Assembly (NCBI RefSeq): GCF_000195955.2
Contig: NC_000962.3
Location: 1,470,001 to 1,502,000, forward strand
From: Mycobacterium tuberculosis H37Rv
GTDB lineage: Bacteria; Actinomycetota; Actinomycetes; Mycobacteriales; Mycobacteriaceae
Direction of reading: 5' to 3'
Length of the DNA: 32,000 nt
In this document: positions 27,221-32,000 of the stretch, piece by piece
Layout of the letters: each line of letters opens with the position of its first letter
Numbering within the stretch: the first letter of the stretch is position 1
The notes under the pieces: generated by a model
Database searches by the model: none
What the model saw: only the letters and a program-made list of their open reading frames with translations
What the model was told of the DNA's origin: nothing
Translations under genes and position numbers: made by a program

Positions 27221-29189
27221 CAAGGCGCCGCAGGGCCGCGCGCACTTGCGTGGCGTTGGTGGTCTGCCAAAAGGGCGGCAGCGAGGCTCGCAGGAATTCG
27301 CCATAGCGGGCGGTAGCCATCCGTGAATCGAGCACCGCAACCACGCCCCGATCGGTGACGCGCCGTAACAGCCGGCCGGATCCCTGTGCCAGCAGCAGCG
27401 CCGCGTGGCTGGCGGCGACCGTCATGAAGCCGTTGCCGCCACGGGCGGCCACCGCACGCTGGCGGGCACTCAGCAGGGGATCGTCCGGCCGGGGGAACGG
27501 GATGCGGTCGATCAACACCAACGACAGCGACGGTCCCGGCACGTCGACCCCCTGCCACAGCGACAGCGTGCCGAACAGGGAGGTCGCCGCATCGGCGGTG
27601 AACTTCTCCACCAGCGTGGACGTACTGTCGTCGCCCTGACACAACACCGGCGTGGACAGCCGTTCGCGCATGGCCTCGGTGGCTGCCCGGGCGGCCCGCA
27701 TGGACGAGAACAGCCCCAGGGTGCGCCCACCTGCAGCGGTGATGAGTTCGGCGATCTCGGTCAGTTGTTCGGCCGAGCCGCTGCCGTCTCGGCCCGGCGG
27801 CGGGAGATGGGCGGCCACGTAGAGGATTCCCGACTTTGCGTGCTGGAAAGGCGAGCCCACGTCCAGGCCACGCCAGGGCGTGTCTGCAGTCAGGCCCCAT
27901 GCCGTGGCCATCGCGTCAAACGACCCGCCGATTGTCAGCGTTGCCGAGGTCAATACGGTCGTTGCACGGGCGAACACCTGGGTGGCCAACAGCTCGGCCA
28001 CCGATAGCGGAGCCACCCGCAGCACCGCGCGAGCCGATTCGTGGTTGTCCTCGTGCTCCAGCCAAACCACGTCGCTGCGGTCAGGGATAGCGGGGGCGAA
28101 CGACGCCAGGATTCGTGACGCGGTATCGGATATTTCGGTCAGTACCGCGCCCGCTTCGGCGCGCACGGACGCCGTCGTGGTGTCGCTGCCGGTATCGATC
28201 GCTGAGCGCGCCGCACTGGCCGCATCGCGCAGCGCGCTCAGATAGGTCGCCATCTCGTCATCGAGGCAATCAATGCGGCCCGGTCTGGCGTCGTGAATCG
28301 CCGAACTGAAGGTAGCCGAAGCCGCCTGAAGCCGCTGGGTCACTTTCGGGTCGACCAGCCGGGTGATCCGTCGTGCGGCCATACCGAGCGTGGCAGACGT
28401 CAGCTCAGCGGCGGCTACCGAGGTCACCCGGTCGGCCAATTCGTGAGCCTCGTCGACAACCAGCAGCCGATGTTCTGGCAGTACCGCCGATTCGGCGACG
28501 GCATCGATGGCCAGCAGCGCGTGGTTGGTGACGACGACATCGGCCAGGCCGGCCGCTCCACGAGCCCGTTCGGAGAAGCACTCCGAGCCAAACGGGCAGC
28601 GGGCCACGCCGAGGCATTCCCGCGCCGAAACGCTGACCTGCGACCAGGATCGGTCTCCCACACCGGGCTTAAGGTCGTCGCGATCACCAGACACGGTCGT
28701 CGAAGCCCAGGCGGTTAGCCGTTGCACATCGCGTCCCAGCGCGGTGACCGCCACCGGGTCGAAGAGCTCCTCCTGCGGCCGCTCGTCGTCATGGTCACTG
28801 GCTGTGACTGAGTTGTGGATCTTGTTCAGGCACAGGTAGTTCCGTCGACCTTTGAGCAGGGCGAACTTCGGTCGGCGGGGGAGCGCATTGGTGAGCGAAT
28901 CTACCAGCTGGGGCAGGTCACGATCGACGAGTTGACGTTGCAAAGCGATCGTCGCCGTCGACACCACGACCGGCGCGTCGTCGCAAAGAGCGCGGATGAT
29001 CGCGGGAACCAGATACGCCAGCGACTTGCCGGTTCCGGTGCCGGCCTGGACCACCAAGTGCTCACCGGTTTCAAACGCATGCGCTACCGCGGCGGCCATC
29101 TCTTGCTGGCCGCGACGCCGGGTGCCGCCAAGTGCCGCCACGGCGATGGCAAGCAGCTCAGGCACAGACATGGATACCGACTCGGACAC
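27195..29189 (-). CDS. dinG: ATP-dependent DinG/XPD-family 5'-3' DNA helicase (664 aa)
   Basis: Walker A AGTGTGKSLAYL and DEAH box LLVVDEAHEL. Four Cys (YLCLNK ... ECLGVARCPFGSEC) are arranged as in the Fe-S domain of XPD/DinG helicases. GTG start at 29189. Confidence 0.93.
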   Translation of the reverse strand: MSESVSMSVPELLAIAVAALGGTRRRGQQEMAAAVAHAFETGEHLVVQAGTGTGKSLAYLVPAIIRALCDDAPVVVSTATIALQRQLVDRDLPQLVDSLTNALPRRPKFALLKGRRNYLCLNKIHNSVTASDHDDERPQEELFDPVAVTALGRDVQRLTAWASTTVSGDRDDLKPGVGDRSWSQVSVSARECLGVARCPFGSECFSERARGAAGLADVVVTNHALLAIDAVAESAVLPEHRLLVVDEAHELADRVTSVAAAELTSATLGMAARRITRLVDPKVTQRLQAASATFSSAIHDARPGRIDCLDDEMATYLSALRDAASAARSAIDTGSDTTTASVRAEAGAVLTEISDTASRILASFAPAIPDRSDVVWLEHEDNHESARAVLRVAPLSVAELLATQVFARATTVLTSATLTIGGSFDAMATAWGLTADTPWRGLDVGSPFQHAKSGILYVAAHLPPPGRDGSGSAEQLTEIAELITAAGGRTLGLFSSMRAARAATEAMRERLSTPVLCQGDDSTSTLVEKFTADAATSLFGTLSLWQGVDVPGPSLSLVLIDRIPFPRPDDPLLSARQRAVAARGGNGFMTVAASHAALLLAQGSGRLLRRVTDRGVVAVLDSRMATARYGEFLRASLPPFWQTTNATQVRAALRRLARADAKAH

Positions 29190-29212
29190 GGGACGTGGTC
29201 ACATCCTTGCGC

Positions 29213-30559
29213 TCAGGCCGGGATCGTGCGTGTCGGAATCGCCGGCTCGCCGGGTGCCAATTTCAGCCCGTCGCCTGGCAGGCTGCGCAACCCGGATGCC
29301 ACCAGCTGCCGTGCCGCGGCCAGGCTGGTATCGGCTACCGGTTGCCCGGCGCGGACCAGTGGCAGCGTCAAAACCCGGTGCGGCTCGACAATGACCGGCG
29401 GACGGCCCGCCGGATGCACGAGCTCCTCGGTGATGGTGCCCGTCGCACGGGAGCGCCGCAGTGCCTCTTTGCGGCCGCCGGGGGATTCTTTGTAGCTGCT
29501 GCGCTTTTGCACCGGTACACCGTCTACCTCGACCAGTTTGTAGACCATGTTGGCGGTCGGCGCGCCCGACCCGGTGACCAGCGACGTGCCCACGCCGTAG
29601 CTGTCGACGGGTTCACCGCGCAACGCGGCGATGCTGAACTCGTCAAGGTCGCCGGACACCACGATGCGCGTCCGGGTGGCTCCTAGCCGGTCGAGCTGCT
29701 CCCGCGCTTGGCGGGCCAGTACCCCAAGCTCACCGGAATCGATGCGGATCGCGCCGAGCTCAGCGCCGGCGGCGGCAACGGCATTGGCCACACCGGTCGT
29801 GACGTCATAGGTATCCACCAGCAGCGTGGTACCGGGTCCCAGCGCTTCGACCTGGGCGCGGAATGCGGCTCGCTCGGCTAGTTCGGTGGGGCCGCCATGC
29901 TGGGCGTGCAACATGGTGAATGCGTGTGCCGCGGTGCCGTGCGCGGGCACTCCGTAGCGTCGCTGCGCCGCCAAGTTGGATGACGCGGCGAAACCGGCGA
30001 TATACGCCGCCCGGGCCGCTGCCACCGCGGCGCGTTCGTGGGTGCGCCGCGAGCCCATCTCGATCAGTGGGCGCCCCCCGGCGGCGCTGACCATGCGCGC
30101 CGCTGCCGAGGCGATCGCTGTGTCGTGGTTGAAGATTGACAGCACCAGCGTTTCGAGCAGGACGCATTCGGCGAAGCTGCCGCGTACCGAGAGCACCGGT
30201 GACCCGGGAAAATACAGCTCCCCCTCGGCATAGCCGTCGATATCGCCGCGGAACCGGAATTCGCGAAGATACCGCACCGTGGCCGGGTCGAGGAATTGGG
30301 CCAGCAACTCGCACGCGTCAGCGTCGAACCTGAACTGCGGCAACGCTTCCAGCAACCGGCCGGTTCCGGCGACAACTCCGTAGCGACGGCCGGTGGGGAG
30401 TCGGCGAGCGAACACCTCGAATGTGGTGGGGCGATTGGCGCTGCCGTCGCGCAGGGCAGCCGCCAGCATGGTCAACTCGTACTTGTCGGTCAACAGCCCG
30501 GCTGGGTCTTGATTGTCGGGCTCTCCCTCTCGCCGCCTGGCGGCTGGGGGTGGCCCCAC
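29213..30559 (-). CDS. pncB1: nicotinate phosphoribosyltransferase (448 aa from GTG 30559; 465 aa if GTG 30610 is used)
   Basis: NAPRTase motifs [32 protein letters not shown]. The stop is 23 nt upstream of the dinG start. The 509-aa track ORF would run across the clpS start. Confidence 0.88.
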
Positions 30560-30616
30560 AGCGGTCCGACGCGGTCCGCAGCGTCGCCCGGTTGGGACCC
30601 AGTCGTTCACACCGCC

Positions 30617-30622
30617 ACGGTA
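30617..30622 (-). promoter_or_regulatory. candidate -10 hexamer (TACCGT) 6 nt upstream of an in-frame GTG (30610) of pncB1
   Basis: Minus strand reads TACCGT ggcggt GTG AAC GAC TGG. The GTG is in frame with pncB1, 17 codons upstream of GTG 30559. Confidence 0.35.
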
Positions 30623-30648
30623 TCGGCTCGCGGCCACGGTGCGCTGGG

Positions 30649-30654
30649 TATCCT
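30649..30654 (+). promoter_or_regulatory. candidate -10 hexamer (TATCCT) with leaderless geometry for clpS
   Basis: TATCCT ggggcc ATG: a TANNNT hexamer, 6-nt spacer, then ATG at 30661. Confidence 0.4.
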
Positions 30655-30660
30655 GGGGCC

Positions 30661-30966
30661 ATGGCTGTTGTGTCAGCGCCCGCCAAGCCAGGTACCACCT
30701 GGCAGCGCGAGTCTGCTCCGGTCGACGTGACGGACAGGGCATGGGTCACCATCGTGTGGGACGACCCGGTCAACTTGATGAGCTACGTGACTTACGTGTT
30801 TCAGAAGTTGTTCGGCTACAGCGAGCCGCATGCCACCAAGCTGATGTTGCAGGTGCACAACGAAGGTAAGGCGGTGGTGTCCGCGGGCAGCCGAGAGTCC
30901 ATGGAAGTCGACGTGTCCAAGCTGCATGCCGCCGGTTTGTGGGCGACGATGCAGCAGGACCGGTGA
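30661..30966 (+). CDS. clpS: ATP-dependent Clp protease adaptor ClpS (101 aa)
   Basis: [46 protein letters not shown] matches the ClpS core (NDD...MEFV...LMLxVHxxGxA). The 181-aa track ORF is an unsupported upstream extension. Confidence 0.93.
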
Positions 30967-31582
30967 GATTCGAGGATATTCGGGATCCATCGTGCGCAGG
31001 TGGAAGCGCGTCGAGACCCGCGATGGTCCCCGCTTTCGATCGTCGTTGGCTCCGCATGAGGCCGCCCTGCTCAAGAACCTGGCAGGCGCGATGATCGGGC
31101 TGCTCGACGATCGCGACTCTTCTTCGCCGTCAGACGAACTCGAGGAGATCACCGGCATCAAGACCGGGCATGCGCAGCGTCCGGGTGACCCGACCTTGCG
31201 TCGGCTGTTGCCGGATTTCTACCGTCCCGATGACCTGGATGACGATGATCCGACGGCCGTCGACGGCTCCGAGAGCTTCAACGCTGCCCTGCGCAGCCTG
31301 CACGAACCTGAGATTATCGACGCCAAACGTGTTGCCGCGCAGCAGTTATTAGACACGGTTCCGGACAATGGCGGCCGGTTGGAGCTGACGGAATCCGACG
31401 CCAATGCTTGGATCGCCGCCGTCAACGACCTTCGGCTGGCGCTCGGAGTGATGCTTGAGATCGGCCCGCGTGGGCCGGAGCGCCTGCCGGGGAACCACCC
31501 GTTGGCCGCGCACTTCAATGTCTACCAGTGGCTGACAGTCCTGCAGGAATACCTCGTGCTGGTGCTGATGGGGTCTCGATGA
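30926..31582 (+). CDS. acidic conserved hypothetical protein, DUF2017-like (218 aa from ATG 30926; 196 aa from GTG 30992; Rv1332-like)
   Basis: ORF 30926-31582 with GC3-rich coding. Acidic tracts [17 protein letters not shown] and [16 protein letters not shown] see no DNA-binding motif, although the reference annotation (as I recall) calls it a regulator. Confidence 0.75.
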
Positions 31583-31598
31583 TCTGCGCGGCGGCCCG

Positions 31599-32000
31599 AT
31601 GAACTCCATCACCGACGTCGGGGGCATCCGGGTTGGCCACTACCAGAGACTGGACCCCGACGCGTCCCTCGGCGCCGGGTGGGCTTGTGGCGTCACGGTG
31701 GTGTTGCCGCCGCCCGGGACGGTCGGTGCGGTCGATTGCCGCGGCGGCGCCCCTGGAACCCGCGAGACTGATCTGCTGGACCCGGCCAACAGCGTGCGCT
31801 TCGTCGACGCCCTGTTGCTCGCCGGCGGCAGCGCCTACGGTCTGGCCGCCGCCGATGGCGTCATGCGCTGGCTAGAGGAACACCGGCGCGGCGTCGCGAT
31901 GGACAGCGGCGTGGTGCCCATCGTGCCGGGCGCGGTGATTTTCGACCTTCCGGTCGGCGGCTGGAATTGTCGGCCGACGGCCGATTTCGGCTATTCGGCC
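31599..32000 (+). CDS. DmpA/peptidase S58-family aminopeptidase-like hydrolase, N-terminal 134 codons (runs off the right edge; Rv1333-like)
   Basis: Hand translation from ATG 31599 gives MNSITDVGGIRVGHYQRLDPDASLGAGWACGVTVVLPPPGTVGAVDCRGGAPGTRETDLLDPANSVRFVDALLLAGGSAYGLAAADGVMRWLEE.... The ITDVxGIxVGH ... RGGAPGTRE ... LxGGSAxGL pattern is typical of the DmpA/S58 family. The frame is open to the window edge, so it is absent from the track. Confidence 0.8.
   Translation, partial: MNSITDVGGIRVGHYQRLDPDASLGAGWACGVTVVLPPPGTVGAVDCRGGAPGTRETDLLDPANSVRFVDALLLAGGSAYGLAAADGVMRWLEEHRRGVAMDSGVVPIVPGAVIFDLPVGGWNCRPTADFGYSA

Noticed and set aside
7134-29189. The idea that ogt, alkA, nucS and dinG form a DNA-repair island.
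   Set aside because: The four genes lie in separate transcription units on both strands. They are separated by 5 kb of cyclases and 12 kb of metabolic and PE_PGRS genes, with no shared regulatory motif that I could find. This is better explained as coincidence in a core region.

Overview
High-GC (about 65%) actinobacterial core chromosome. From gene order and sequence I recognise it (from memory, no search run) as the Mycobacterium tuberculosis complex segment Rv1314c-Rv1333, which carries the organism's single rRNA operon. Left to right: 5' part of a PduO-type cobalamin adenosyltransferase (-), murA (+), rrn promoter and leader, 16S-23S-5S rRNA (+, no tRNA in the spacers), ogt and the adaA-alkA fusion (-, ATGA-coupled), three tandem paralogous 6TM-HAMP class III adenylyl cyclases (-), nucS/EndoMS (+), a small Cys/His protein (+), a methylmalonyl-CoA epimerase-like VOC protein (-), thiolase fadA4 (+), a YbbN/CnoX-like thioredoxin-fold protein (+), PE_PGRS24 (-), glgB and glgE (-), glgP (+), dinG (-), pncB1 (-), clpS (+), an acidic DUF2017-like protein (+) and the start of a DmpA/S58-family peptidase (+). 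I found no CRISPR array, IS element, prophage, tRNA or recognisable defence or toxin cassette, so I do not see a novel multi-gene accessory system here. The most interesting things I can see are structural. (i) The junctions of the cyclase triplication retain relics of the divergent nucS promoter and 5' coding end (clear at one junction, a 12-nt trace at the other). The ~33-codon C-terminal tail of the third cyclase is read antisense through the clear relic. (ii) Long GC-rich palindromic hairpins sit at convergent gene ends, and one of them encodes the last 8 codons of dinG. (iii) Twin SD/anti-SD-like palindromes flank the 16S 5' end and the 23S 3' end. (iv) A recurrent TANNNT-N6/7-start (leaderless) geometry argues for revised starts of nucS and pncB1. 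(v) Two gene pairs remain functionally unexplained: nucS with a small Zn-ribbon-like protein, and clpS with a DUF2017-like protein. rRNA ends and some start codons rely on my recollection of conserved termini and reference annotation, not on a model run.
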